Assembly: GCA_038212015.1 (NCBI GenBank)
Contig: JBBQUY010000003.1
Location: 4,237-68,236, forward strand
DNA: 64,000 nucleotides
Direction: 5' to 3'
Source of the DNA: Gaiellales bacterium
GTDB taxonomy: Bacteria; Actinomycetota; Thermoleophilia; Gaiellales; SKUG01
Below are positions 20,564 through 30,468 of the stretch, in pieces. Positions within the stretch are counted from its first letter, which is position 1, and every line of letters begins with the position of its first letter. A program made the translations under genes and the position numbers. Under the pieces are notes generated by a model that saw only the letters and a program-made list of their open reading frames with translations, was not told the origin of the DNA and searched no databases.

Positions 20564-20679
20564 CATCATCGTGTCGAACCATCCCCAGCCGGAAGCGGTT
20601 GGAGTCAGCCGGCATGGACCTATGGGGAGGTGTGGGCCACGGCTCAGGCCCTCAGCGGCGGCGTCTGGGTCGTGCGCCC

Positions 20680-20943
20680 TCAGGCGGTGCCGATGGGTTC
20701 CACATCCGCGCCGATCCGATCACGGAGGCCGTCGTGTCCCGCATGTTCGGCGCAGTTGGCGCAGCAGAAGAATGCTCCGTTCACTTCCATGCCGTGGCCG
20801 ATGATCGAGCAGGAACAATGCTCGCAGCGCGGCGCCATGAGGCTGATCGCGCACTCGAAACTGTCGAACGTGTGACGAACGCCGGCGGCGATCACGTCGA
20901 AGCTCTTGTCGTAGTCGTTGCCGCACTTCTCGCAGATGCCCAT
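20680..20943 (-). CDS. prokaryotic metallothionein-like Cys-rich protein
   Basis: CEKCGNDYDKSF, FDSFECAI, CEHCSC, GHG, FCCANCA. Confidence 0.85.
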   Translation of the reverse strand: MGICEKCGNDYDKSFDVIAAGVRHTFDSFECAISLMAPRCEHCSCSIIGHGMEVNGAFFCCANCAEHAGHDGLRDRIGADVEPIGTA

Positions 20944-21005
20944 GGGTCGCTCCCCGGTGGATTGCCAGTGGTGTCGGAATCCCCGTCCATGAGCTCCTTA
21001 CTCGG

Positions 21006-21476
21006 TCATGTCGACGGCGCGGGCGTGACGCGCAGCGCATCGGCGTCCTCGGCTCGAACTGCGCGGAAGGAGCCGATCCCGACGAGATTGGCGACGTTGC
21101 CGAACACCGACGCATCGGTCGTCCAGCCTCGCTGGTCCAAAAACAGCTGGAGGGCAGACGGCGCATCGGGTGCCCGGAACTCGGCAACGTCGCTCCACGT
21201 GAGGTGCAGGTCGTGTGGACCGATCGGGTCCTGCCGCTGGATCACGAAGTCCAGGCCGGTTGGCTCGTCGGCGGGCAGTGTGGCGCGAAACCATCCGACG
21301 CCATGGACGACGGCCGTGTTGTGGCGCAGCTCGTGGGCGTAATACTGCATCGCGATGCAGAATTCGTGGATCGCGTGGGGCGCATTCGACCCTTCGATCG
21401 AACCGATGACCGTCCAGCGAAGCTCGCCATGGCGTGGATCGCCCGGTTCGCGCTGTTCGATGACGAAGGTCGGCAT
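21006..21476 (-). CDS. hypothetical protein
   Basis: ORF with GAGGGAG SD immediately downstream of the tRNA-Gln hairpin. Confidence 0.65.
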   Translation of the reverse strand: MPTFVIEQREPGDPRHGELRWTVIGSIEGSNAPHAIHEFCIAMQYYAHELRHNTAVVHGVGWFRATLPADEPTGLDFVIQRQDPIGPHDLHLTWSDVAEFRAPDAPSALQLFLDQRGWTTDASVFGNVANLVGIGSFRAVRAEDADALRVTPAPST

Positions 21477-21523
21477 GGCTCCCTCTACGAGGAAACCCCC
21501 GCGCGAGCAGGGGCTTCACATAG

Positions 21524-21594
21524 TTCCGGGACAGGGATTCGAACCCCAACTCCCCGCTCCAGAGGCGGATGTCCTACCGTTAGACGATCCCGGA
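21524..21594 (-). tRNA. tRNA-Gln (anticodon CTG)
   Basis: TCCGGGA-TC-GTCTAACGGTAGGAC-A-TCCGC-CT-CTG-GA-GCGGG..GGTTCGAATCC..TCCCGGA-A. Confidence 0.93.
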
Positions 21595-21944
21595 ATGTAC
21601 CTCGCCGAATCGTATCGGCAATTGCCGGCACGCGCAAGGAGATGGCGCAGGTGCGACGCGTGGCCGCCGTCGTCGTCAGAATCTCGAAGCTGGACCGATC
21701 CATGCACGGGGACGACGTTCTCGCGCCGGAGCAGGAGCGCCTTCTCGTTCGCGAGGTGCGCGGCGAGTCCAGCCTGACCCATGTCCGATGCGTCGACGGT
21801 TCCAAGTCGCACTCCCGCGACGGCTGCCTGGCCGCAGCGCCGAGCGCCTCGCCGACCTGTGGAAACGGTGCATGGAGCTGGCGCAGCGGCGAGCCCTTGG
21901 CTGTCGTCGTGGCTGCGACTGCGTCGACGCTGAAGGCGAGCCGA

Positions 21945-22934
21945 TCAGCCGAAGCTGGTCGAGGCGATGTTCGTGCGGAACATGCGCTCGTCCTCGCCAC
22001 CAGGCGAGTTCACGGCCGAGCCGCCCGTAGCGCGTGCCAGGGCCGCGTGATCTTCGGGACTCGTCTCATAGACGGCGAGCACGTTGTCGCCCGCGCCCGG
22101 GTATGCGCTCAGCACGAGGCCGTCGGGCGCCATCGAGACCTTCGCCTCCGCGACGCCGTACGCCTCGCGCTGCTCGCGCGGCAAGTCGTACTCCGCCATG
22201 CGCGTGTCGCGAACCTCGGTCCGCAGCGTGCCCTTGCGCGCCGCGTCGACGATGACGCCGATCACCTGGTGGTCGGTCATCGTCGGACCCTCGACCGCGT
22301 GCTTGGTCGGCCAGTAGGTCGTCGTGCGCTTGCCACGCGGCTGCGGCGCGGGATCCATGTGGTTCTCGCGAATGTGCAGCCAGCGCTCCTGCGTCAGGTA
22401 CACCGCGTCACCGCGATTGCTCTGCGTGTACGCGACAAGCCCATGGCGCGACGGCATGCGCCACGCGCCTTCCGAAGCGTTCGCGAGCACGTTCGCTTCG
22501 CCGCCCGCGTCGGGCTCCTGCCCCAGCAGCTCGTAGCTGCCGCGTGCCGTGGCGAGACCACCCGGCGACAGCGGCGACGCGCCACCATCGAGCGATCGCG
22601 GCGCGACCATCGGGCCAGCCGGCTTCTTCGGCACTGCGCGAGGCGTGTCGTCGGGGCGCGCAGGCAGCGGCACGCGCGCAAGACCCGGAGCGAAAACGGT
22701 CGCGTTCTGCTCGAGGAGCCGATTGACGACCTTCGAATGTACCTGGGTGCCGACCGCCGAGTCGGACACGTACGACGTGGTCTGCTGGACCGACGGCTTC
22801 GTCGCGCCCGCGTCCTTCGTCGGAGCCTGCGGCAGGCTGGCAGCGGCATCCGCGGCCTGGGATCCGGATGTGACTCCGGGCAGGTTCGACTGCACGCCAG
22901 CGGATGCGCCCTGGATGCCAAAGCCTTCGGCCAC
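21945..22934 (-). CDS. orphan with disordered N-half and C-terminal toxin-like RNase (EndoU/BECR-like) domain
   Basis: GGAGG SD before GTG 22934; YLTQERWLHIRENH..YWP..MTDHQV..DGLVLSAYP resembles polymorphic-toxin RNase tips (function is inference). Confidence 0.7.
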   Translation of the reverse strand: MAEGFGIQGASAGVQSNLPGVTSGSQAADAAASLPQAPTKDAGATKPSVQQTTSYVSDSAVGTQVHSKVVNRLLEQNATVFAPGLARVPLPARPDDTPRAVPKKPAGPMVAPRSLDGGASPLSPGGLATARGSYELLGQEPDAGGEANVLANASEGAWRMPSRHGLVAYTQSNRGDAVYLTQERWLHIRENHMDPAPQPRGKRTTTYWPTKHAVEGPTMTDHQVIGVIVDAARKGTLRTEVRDTRMAEYDLPREQREAYGVAEAKVSMAPDGLVLSAYPGAGDNVLAVYETSPEDHAALARATGGSAVNSPGGEDERMFRTNIASTSFG

Positions 22935-23115
22935 TCGTCTCACCTCCCCCCGGAAGTGCCTCGCCCCCGGAGCGCGCCGCGAAATCTCCCCTTCGCAACG
23001 TGCTCCCTGCTACGTCTCGTCCATCACACGCGAGTCCCCCTGCGCATGGTGCACAGGACCAAGGTACGACGAACGGCGGGTCCGGTCAACGGAATTCCGC
23101 AACCGTTCCGCCCGA

Positions 23116-23143
23116 ATATCGCATGGGGGTCGTCCACGGTTGC
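23116..23143 (-). promoter_or_regulatory. sigma-28-like promoter
   Basis: GCAA-N16-TGCGATAT, same geometry as 3132-3159. Confidence 0.55.
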
Positions 23144-23206
23144 GAATCAAGCCGACGAAAATGCGTCCATTTGTTGGCCGCACCCCGGCCAGCACGCGGC
23201 CGCTTT

Positions 23207-25063
23207 TCAGTCGATGCTGGATGCGAGGCGCGATTCCACGGACGCGTCACCCTCGTCGGGACCCGTCCACGTGCCGTACAGGCCGGCATAGAACCCGCCG
23301 CTGAGGTTCACGAGCTCGTCGTGCGTGCCGGCCTCCACGATGCGCCCGTCGTCGATCACGAGGATGCGATCGGCGCCACGAATCGTCGTCAGGCGGTGCG
23401 CGACGATGAACGACGTGCGCCCGGCAACGAGCGCCCGCAGGCCGTCGCTCAGGCGCAGTTCGGTCTCGACATCCACGCTCGAGGTGGCCTCGTCGAGCAC
23501 GAGGATCGGCGGGTCCACGAGCATCGCCCGCGCGAACGCCACGAGCTGCCGCTGGCCGGCGCTCAGCCGCGAGCCTCGTTCGCCGACCTGCGTGTCGTAG
23601 CCGTCTTCCAGCTCACCGATGAACACGTGTGCACCGACGGCGTTGGCAGCGGCTACGACCTGCTCGTCGCTCGCGTCGGGAGCGCCATAGACGATATTGT
23701 CGCGCACGCTGCCTGCGAACAGGAATCCCTCCTGCGGCACGATGCCCATGCTGCGCCGCAGCCAGTGCTGCTCCAGGTCGCGCAAGTCGTGGCCATCGAG
23801 GCGAATGCTGCCGCGCGTGGGATCGTAGAAGCGGGTCAGCAACTTCACGAACGAGCTCTTACCGGCGCCCGTGTGCCCGACGAGTGCGATCGTCTGCCCC
23901 GCCTCGACGTGGGTGGAGACGCCGTGCAGCACGTCGGGGCCGTCGTCGGTGTAGCGGAACGTGACGTCGTCGAATTGCACCTCGCCACGCACCTGGTCGA
24001 GTGACGTCGCGTCGGCGCTGTCGCGAATCGTGGGCTCGGTCTCCATGACGCCCATGATCTTGTCGAGCGCCGCCATCGCCGCGAGGAACGAGCCGTAGAA
24101 CTGCGACAGCTGCTGGATCGGGTCGAAGAAGTTCTCGAGGTACAGCAGGAACGCGACGATCACGCCGATCTCGACGGCGCCGACGTCTCCGAGCTGGCCG
24201 CCCTGCCAGAGCACGATCGCGGTGCCGACCGACGCGAGCAGCTCGACGCCCGGGAAGTAGGCGGCGCTCAGCCAGATCGTCTCCATGTTCGCGCGTCGAT
24301 AGTGCGTATTGGTCTCCTCGAACTCGGCGTCCGCTCGTTCCTCGGCGGCGAATGCCTGCAGCACGCGCATGCCGCCGAGCGATTCGGCCAGGTAGGCGGT
24401 GACGAGCGCCATGCGCTCGCGCGTGCGGCGATACGCACGGGTGGAGTAGTAGCGGAACGCCATCGTGCCGATGAGCATGATCGGGAAGATGAGGTTCACC
24501 CAGAGCGCGAGCTCCCAGCTGAGCGAGAACAGGAACGCCTCGATGAACACGAGCAGCCCGACGTTGGCGAAGAGCATGAACACGCCCTCGTTGACGAGCT
24601 GCGCGAGCGCTTCCACGTCGTTGGTCAGTCGCGAGATCACCACGCCCGTGCGCTGACGCGAGAAGAAGTCGAGCCCCTGCCGGTTGATGTGCGCGTACAG
24701 GTCGGTGCGCAGGTCGTTGACGACGCGTACGCTCCAGATCGACCAGCGCTGGTTGAGCCGTTCCGCCACGAAGTCGATGAAGGCGACGACGACCGCGATC
24801 GCGACCCAGAAGGAGACGGCGTCGAAGTCCACCCCGCCCGGCCGGCCGCCGAGGTTGCCCTCGTCGATCGCGTGCTTGAACAGGAACGGGATGAGCGCCA
24901 CGCAGATCGTGATGAGGACCGTCGTGATGATCGCGAGGATGCACTCGCGCAGGTGCGGTCGCACGTAGCCGACGAGCACGCGCAGGCGGCGACGCTGCAG
25001 GTCGCGTGCCGGCAACGGTACGGCGTTGGAGGAGACGGACGCTGCGTCGCGATCGTTCGTCAC
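23207..25063 (-). CDS. ABC exporter, fused permease/ATPase (heterodimer subunit 2)
   Basis: TM domain plus GHTGAGKS, LSAGQRQ, ILVLDEATS. Confidence 0.93.
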   Translation of the reverse strand: MTNDRDAASVSSNAVPLPARDLQRRRLRVLVGYVRPHLRECILAIITTVLITICVALIPFLFKHAIDEGNLGGRPGGVDFDAVSFWVAIAVVVAFIDFVAERLNQRWSIWSVRVVNDLRTDLYAHINRQGLDFFSRQRTGVVISRLTNDVEALAQLVNEGVFMLFANVGLLVFIEAFLFSLSWELALWVNLIFPIMLIGTMAFRYYSTRAYRRTRERMALVTAYLAESLGGMRVLQAFAAEERADAEFEETNTHYRRANMETIWLSAAYFPGVELLASVGTAIVLWQGGQLGDVGAVEIGVIVAFLLYLENFFDPIQQLSQFYGSFLAAMAALDKIMGVMETEPTIRDSADATSLDQVRGEVQFDDVTFRYTDDGPDVLHGVSTHVEAGQTIALVGHTGAGKSSFVKLLTRFYDPTRGSIRLDGHDLRDLEQHWLRRSMGIVPQEGFLFAGSVRDNIVYGAPDASDEQVVAAANAVGAHVFIGELEDGYDTQVGERGSRLSAGQRQLVAFARAMLVDPPILVLDEATSSVDVETELRLSDGLRALVAGRTSFIVAHRLTTIRGADRILVIDDGRIVEAGTHDELVNLSGGFYAGLYGTWTGPDEGDASVESRLASSID

Positions 25064-26907
25064 GCGAGCCCTCCCGTCCGCTCGGTATCGTCCTGTTCCT
25101 GTTCCTCGTCGAGCAGGAATTCGCGGCGCGCCGCGCGCTGTTCGTGCACGAGCTGGTACGTGGCGTTGCGCGCGATCAGCTCGTCGTGGGTGCCGACGTC
25201 CTCGATGCGTCCCTGGCCCATGACGACGACGCGGTCGGCGAGCGCGATCGTGCTCGGGCGGTGCGCGATGACGATCGTCGTCCGCTGGCCGCCGATGTCG
25301 GACAGCGCGGAGGAGATGCGTTCTTCGACCTGGCTGTCCACGCTTGCGGTGGCGTCGTCGAGGATGAGGATGCGCGGGTCGACGACGAGTGCGCGTGCGA
25401 TCGCGAGGCGTTGGCGCTGTCCGCCCGAGAGCGTCAGACCACGTTCGCCGACGACCGTCTCGACGCCGTTGGGGAGCTTGTCGACGAACTCGCCGGCCTG
25501 GGCGGCGTCGATCGCCGTGCGGATGTCATCGTCGGTCGCGTCGGGATTGCCGAAGCGCAGGTTGTCGGCGATCGTCGCACTGAACAGGAACGGCTCCTGG
25601 TCGACGATGCCGATCGAACGGCGCAGTTCGTGCAGCGACAGGTCGCGCAGGTCGACGCCGTCGAGCAGCACGCGACCGTGCTCTGGGTCGTAGAAACGCG
25701 GCACCAGCGAACCAAGCGTGGTCTTGCCGCAGCCGGTCGCGCCGATGAGCGCGATCGTCTCGCCGGGTTGGATCTCGAGCGACAGGTCGTCGATCACAGG
25801 ACGCCCGTCGCGATAGCCGAACGTGACGTCCTCGAACTGCAGGCGCGAGCCTGCTCCACTGCGCGGCGGCAGCTCCAGCGGATCGTCGCGCTGCGGGATG
25901 CGGTCATCGGCATCGAGCAGCTCGAACAGGCGGTCGCTCGAGGCAGTCGCGCGCTGCGCGCGGTTGAGCAGGTTGCCGATGATTCGCAGCGGCGAGGTGA
26001 TGAGCAGCACCTGGAAGAAGAACTCGACGAACTCGCCCGTGCTGATCGCGCCGCTGTCGATCCGCTGCGCCCCGACGATGAGCAGGGCAGCAAGCGTCAG
26101 GTTCGGGATGAACGTGTACAGCGGCTTGAACGTGCCCTGGATGCGCATGACCTCGCGCTCGCGTTCGACGACGTCGTCGGTCAGCGAACGAAAGCGTGCG
26201 ACCTCGCGATCTTCCTGACCAAACGATCGAACGACGCGCGCGCCGACGATCGTCTCCTCGCCATGTGCGGTGACGTGCGCCAGCTTCTGCTGGGCTTCGC
26301 GCATGACCGGATGCGAACGGCGCGAGTACCGAACGCTGACGAACACGATGATTGGCATCATCACGAACACGACGAGCGCGAGCTGCCAGTCGATCGTGAG
26401 CAGGATGATCGGCACCACGAAGAGCTTGGTCAGGTGCATGAACGAGTACGTGAGGCCGTAGCCGAGAAAGAACCGGACCTGCGACACGTCGCTCGTCACG
26501 CGCGAGAGCAGCTGCCCGGTCTGCTGCTTGTCGAAGAAGCGGAACCCGAGGCCCGTCAGGTGCGAGAAGAGCCGCTCCCGGATCGACTGTTCCATGCCGA
26601 GACTCATCACGCCTGCCGCGATGCGTCGCGACGCGCTGAGCACCGCGATGAGGGCGGCAACCTGGAGCAGGTCGATCGCATCGCCGGGCGTAGCGTCGAA
26701 CTGGCCCTCTCGGAAGTGGTCGACGGCGTTGCCGATGATGTGCGGAATCCGGGTGGCCAGTACCGACAGTGCGACTCCCGCGATGACGCTCACCGCGAGC
26801 TGTCGCTTGAACGGGGCGAAGAACGTCAGCAGTCGGCGAAAGCTCTTCCAGCCGCCATCGGAGGGGGCTGCCTGCTGTACGGGTGCTGGACTCACGCGCG
26901 TGAGCAT
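25060..26907 (-). CDS. ABC exporter, fused permease/ATPase (heterodimer subunit 1)
   Basis: TM domain plus GATGCGKT, LSGGQRQR, ILILDDATA (degenerate Walker B typical of heterodimers). Confidence 0.93.
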   Translation of the reverse strand: MLTRVSPAPVQQAAPSDGGWKSFRRLLTFFAPFKRQLAVSVIAGVALSVLATRIPHIIGNAVDHFREGQFDATPGDAIDLLQVAALIAVLSASRRIAAGVMSLGMEQSIRERLFSHLTGLGFRFFDKQQTGQLLSRVTSDVSQVRFFLGYGLTYSFMHLTKLFVVPIILLTIDWQLALVVFVMMPIIVFVSVRYSRRSHPVMREAQQKLAHVTAHGEETIVGARVVRSFGQEDREVARFRSLTDDVVEREREVMRIQGTFKPLYTFIPNLTLAALLIVGAQRIDSGAISTGEFVEFFFQVLLITSPLRIIGNLLNRAQRATASSDRLFELLDADDRIPQRDDPLELPPRSGAGSRLQFEDVTFGYRDGRPVIDDLSLEIQPGETIALIGATGCGKTTLGSLVPRFYDPEHGRVLLDGVDLRDLSLHELRRSIGIVDQEPFLFSATIADNLRFGNPDATDDDIRTAIDAAQAGEFVDKLPNGVETVVGERGLTLSGGQRQRLAIARALVVDPRILILDDATASVDSQVEERISSALSDIGGQRTTIVIAHRPSTIALADRVVVMGQGRIEDVGTHDELIARNATYQLVHEQRAARREFLLDEEQEQDDTERTGGLA

Positions 26908-26935
26908 CGCAGGTGAATCGGGTACTCACCAGACG

Positions 26936-27337
26936 ATGCGTCGTCTAACGGTCAGATTCGCCACCGCAGCTGCGGCATTCGGCCTGCTGCTGGTTCCAGT
27001 CGGGTTCCTCCTGGCTCCGGCCACTGCGCACGCCGCGGGCTGCGAGGTGCTCGGTGATCCCCGCGATCGCGCCGAGTGCGAAGCGCGCGCGGTGGCACGC
27101 GAGGAAGCACGCAACGAGGTCGAGCGCCAGATGCGGGGCGGCGAGCCAGCCTCGTCGAACGCCACGAGCTCCTCGCGCAGCGCCGACTGGCAGGCCGCAG
27201 TCGACGAGGCCAACGGCGTCGATCCGGGCGCACTGCTCGAACCACGCCCGCTCGCGGCGATCGGCGGGACCCTCTGGTTCCTGCTTGCGGTGCGTTCGCG
27301 CAGGCGTGCGCGCTCCGGCGGCACGAGTCGCGCGTGA
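26936..27337 (+). CDS. hypothetical exported protein with C-terminal membrane anchor
   Basis: Signal peptide ending AHA; C-terminal hydrophobic stretch followed by an Arg cluster. Confidence 0.7.
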   Translation: MRRLTVRFATAAAAFGLLLVPVGFLLAPATAHAAGCEVLGDPRDRAECEARAVAREEARNEVERQMRGGEPASSNATSSSRSADWQAAVDEANGVDPGALLEPRPLAAIGGTLWFLLAVRSRRRARSGGTSRA

Positions 27338-27368
27338 GCAGTCGCGGCCTGGTCGCCTGAGGTCGCCT

Positions 27369-27475
27369 GACTGTTGGCGAACGGCACTCAGCGCAGTCGT
27401 TCATCAACACTCGCCCGAATCAGATTGCGCGACTGTTGGTCAACGGCATCCTGAAGGAGCGTTCAGCATCACTCG
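27369..27475. repeat. doublet of about 42-bp imperfect palindromes (family C), 62-bp period
   Basis: GACTGTTGGCGAACGGCA..CGTTCATCAACACTCG at 27369 and GACTGTTGGTCAACGGCA..CGTTCAGCATCACTCG at 27431. Confidence 0.7.
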
Positions 27476-27501
27476 GCGCCACGTGCCGCGCAGCATGCTC
27501 G

Positions 27502-28956
27502 CTACGCGCGAGCTGCCGCGCGTCCGCCGACACGAGCGTGCTGCTCGGCCGCACGCAGGTCGTCGTCCTGTTCCATGAGCTCGACCATGCGCGTCCACAC
27601 TTCGCTGCGCGTGGGAAACGGTGCGACGCAGTGACGCAGGCGCTCGAGCGGCACGCGTCCCACGATCGCGATCGTCGCGGAGTGGAGGAGTTCGGCAACG
27701 TCGGGGGCCACGAACGTGGCACCGACCATGCATCCGGAATCGAGGTCCACCACGAATCGTGCGAACCCCGTGGTTCCGCGCCCGTAGAAGCTACCTGCGG
27801 CCACGCGCTGCGGGTCGCGATCGAACGCCCGTACCCGCAGCCCCGCTGCGCGCGCTGATTCCAGCGTGTGCCCGACCGCACACAGGTTCGGCTCGGTATA
27901 GACCACGCGCGGTGCGGCCACGTTGTCTTCGACGCAGTGTGTTTCCAGACCCAGCGCGTTGCGGGCGGCGACCTTCGCCTGGTACACCGCGGTATGCGTC
28001 AGCTGCGCCCGCCCGTTTGCGTCGCCGACCACGAACAGCCACGGATGGTTCGGCACCTGCATGCAGTCGGTCGTTTCCAGGACGCCGCCTCGACCCGGCG
28101 TCACGCCGACCGTCTCGAGCCCGAGCTCTTCGGCGTTCACCGCGCGCCCGGTCGCCACGAGCACTTCATCGGCGACGATGTCGTCACCCGACTCGAATGT
28201 CAGTCGCACGCCCTCGTCACCGCGCGACACGTTCGTCGTCGAGCTGGAGCAGCGCACCGTCACGCCAACGCGGCGGAGGGCGTCGGTCACGAGCTGTGCG
28301 GCTTCGGGCTCCTCGCGCAGCAGCAGCCGATCGGCGAACTCGACGATCGTCACGTCGCTCCCGAAGGATGCGTACGCCTGCGCGAGCTCCACGGCGATCA
28401 CGCCGCCGCCGATGATCACGATGCTGCGCGGCATCACCTTCACGAGCGTCGCCTCCCGGTTGGTCCACGGGCGCGCTTCGACGAGCCCGGGGATCGGTGG
28501 CATCGCGGCGCGACTGCCGGGCGCGAGGATCACGGCCTTGGTGGCGACGAGCGTGCGAGTCGCGCCATCCACGGCTTCGACCGTCACGCGTCGCTCACCA
28601 TCCAGACGACCGTGTCCACGCACGATCTCGATGCCGTGCTTTTCGATCCGCCCGGCGTGCGAATCGTCGTTGAGATGCCGCACGACGTCGTCGCGCCGAG
28701 CGAGCGCCGCGTCCACGTCGAAGGCACCGGTCAGCATCTCGGCCGCGCCCGGAAGGCGCAGCACCTCCGCGACGGCCTGGCCCGGTCGCAGCAGCGCCTT
28801 GGACGGCATGCACCCCCAATACGGGCATTCCCCGCCGACGAGGTCTCGTTCGACCATCGCCACCGTTGCACCCGCACGTGCCAACGCGGCCGATGCCGCC
28901 TCGCCACCCGGACCACCACCAATTACTACGACGTCGAACTCGCTCGTGTCTCCCAT
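27502..28956 (-). CDS. pyridine nucleotide-disulfide oxidoreductase (dihydrolipoyl dehydrogenase-like)
   Basis: VIGGGPGG, GGECPYWGCMPSK redox pair, IIGGGVIAVE, PFPTRSE. Confidence 0.9.
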   Translation of the reverse strand: MGDTSEFDVVVIGGGPGGEAASAALARAGATVAMVERDLVGGECPYWGCMPSKALLRPGQAVAEVLRLPGAAEMLTGAFDVDAALARRDDVVRHLNDDSHAGRIEKHGIEIVRGHGRLDGERRVTVEAVDGATRTLVATKAVILAPGSRAAMPPIPGLVEARPWTNREATLVKVMPRSIVIIGGGVIAVELAQAYASFGSDVTIVEFADRLLLREEPEAAQLVTDALRRVGVTVRCSSSTTNVSRGDEGVRLTFESGDDIVADEVLVATGRAVNAEELGLETVGVTPGRGGVLETTDCMQVPNHPWLFVVGDANGRAQLTHTAVYQAKVAARNALGLETHCVEDNVAAPRVVYTEPNLCAVGHTLESARAAGLRVRAFDRDPQRVAAGSFYGRGTTGFARFVVDLDSGCMVGATFVAPDVAELLHSATIAIVGRVPLERLRHCVAPFPTRSEVWTRMVELMEQDDDLRAAEQHARVGGRAAARA

Positions 28957-29007
28957 GCGGGCCCTATGCCCGGGTTCGGTCGCTGGCGCACGTGTCAGGA
29001 TGCACCC

Positions 29008-29400
29008 ATGCGCAGCAGCGACCCCGGCAGCTACGACCACGACGAGCTCGAAGCGAGCATCCTGCGTGGACGCCTCGACGTCGGGCTGCTCCGCGCGCGA
29101 GCCTGGTGCGACGATCCCCAGGCGATGTGCATGTACGCCGACTGGCTCCTGCACCGCGCACTCGCACCCGGCGACGGCGAGCACGCCGACCAGCTCGTCG
29201 ACGAGGCCCGCTCCTGGCTGCGTCGTGCGGTGCAGTCCGGATCGATGCACGCAGCCGGCATGCTCGGGGACACGCTGAGCCTCGAGGTCGACGGGCGCCT
29301 CGATACCAATCCGGCCGAGGCGCGACGCTGGCTCATGCGCGCCGCCGCCCGTGGCGACGAGCGCAGCGCCGAGCTGCTCGCACTGCTGCCCGAGGGCTGA
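29008..29400 (+). CDS. Sel1-like repeat protein
   Basis: ARSWLRRAVQSGSMHAAGMLG and EARRWLMRAAARGDERS. Confidence 0.7.
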   Translation: MRSSDPGSYDHDELEASILRGRLDVGLLRARAWCDDPQAMCMYADWLLHRALAPGDGEHADQLVDEARSWLRRAVQSGSMHAAGMLGDTLSLEVDGRLDTNPAEARRWLMRAAARGDERSAELLALLPEG

Positions 29401-29532
29401 ACGCAGGGCCACACGCGGCCACGGCTCGCGGCACGGGCGGCCACCTCATGGGGGGTCGGGGTTGACGTGGCCGGCGCGATGACGACAGACGGGCGCCTCC
29501 AAACTCCCCCCAGCCCAGAGGAATCCATTTTC

Positions 29533-30297
29533 ATGATCGTCGCCACCCCGATCCCCACCGCTGTTCCCAAGCCCACGCCGACCGCCCCGCCGACCGCTCC
29601 CGTCGCGACGGCGCCGGCAGGCGCGCCGTCCGCGACGCCCAAGGTCGATGACGCGCCGGCCGTTCCCGCCGGTCAGGCTGCCGACGGGGCCAAGCAGCAG
29701 ACGCCCGCCCCAGGTGGTGCAGCTGCGCCGGTCGACGCCGCCGCTGCCAAGCAGTCGATCATCGAGAAGCTGCAGTCCACGAGCGCGGCCGATGCGATCG
29801 CGCAGGTCGACAGCCACCTCGAGAAGCTGTCCGCGCTCAGCGTCGGAGGTGGCACGCCGGAAGGTCAGCAGACCACCAAGATCGCCAGCGCCCTGCTGAC
29901 GGATTCGTCGATGCTGCTGCAGCATGCGCACGTGAAGGCGATGGAGCAGCTGCGCGACATGGCCACCGAACTGCAGATGCGCGTGATGAGCAGCGTGTCG
30001 GGCCTCGCCTACATGGGTGGCCAGGTCGCGATCGCCGGGCAGTCGAAGACGCCGGTCAAGCTCGCCGACATCGCTGGCGGTCCGATCACCGAGACCAAGG
30101 CCACGATGGGTGACGTCATCGCCGCGATCACGCCGAAGGATGCGCCACAGGCCGACGCGCCGGCGCCGGACGCAAAGACCGTCCCGGTCCCCACTGCACC
30201 GAATGGCAACACCGGCGTCGCCGGCGCGATTCCGCCGAAGGGCCTCCAGCACGTCACGCCCGGCCCCGGCGCCGGTCGCGGCCCGAATCCGGCGTAA
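29533..30297 (+). CDS. orphan Pro/Ala-rich protein with central helical region
   Basis: High GC3 ORF, GAGGA SD, N-terminus MIVATPIPTAVP, no signal peptide. Confidence 0.8.
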   Translation: MIVATPIPTAVPKPTPTAPPTAPVATAPAGAPSATPKVDDAPAVPAGQAADGAKQQTPAPGGAAAPVDAAAAKQSIIEKLQSTSAADAIAQVDSHLEKLSALSVGGGTPEGQQTTKIASALLTDSSMLLQHAHVKAMEQLRDMATELQMRVMSSVSGLAYMGGQVAIAGQSKTPVKLADIAGGPITETKATMGDVIAAITPKDAPQADAPAPDAKTVPVPTAPNGNTGVAGAIPPKGLQHVTPGPGAGRGPNPA

Positions 30298-30468
30298 CGC
30301 CGGCAGGCACCGGCTCCGGCCGACCAAAGGATCGTCCCACCACGCGGCTCGCGCACGGATGCGCACCACGTCGCGACAAGGACGACGACGCATCGTTCCC
30401 CCTCTTCGATGCGACTCGAGACGGATGGCCGGGACCGCACGGATGCGGCCCGGCCGTCTCGACTCCGT

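Noticed and set aside
21640-21950. Small, possibly frameshifted plus-strand gene (MHGDDVLAPEQ.. / ..LADLWKRCMELAQ)
   Set aside because: Coding-like patches lie in two frames with no clean start/stop pair or recognisable family; cannot be supported
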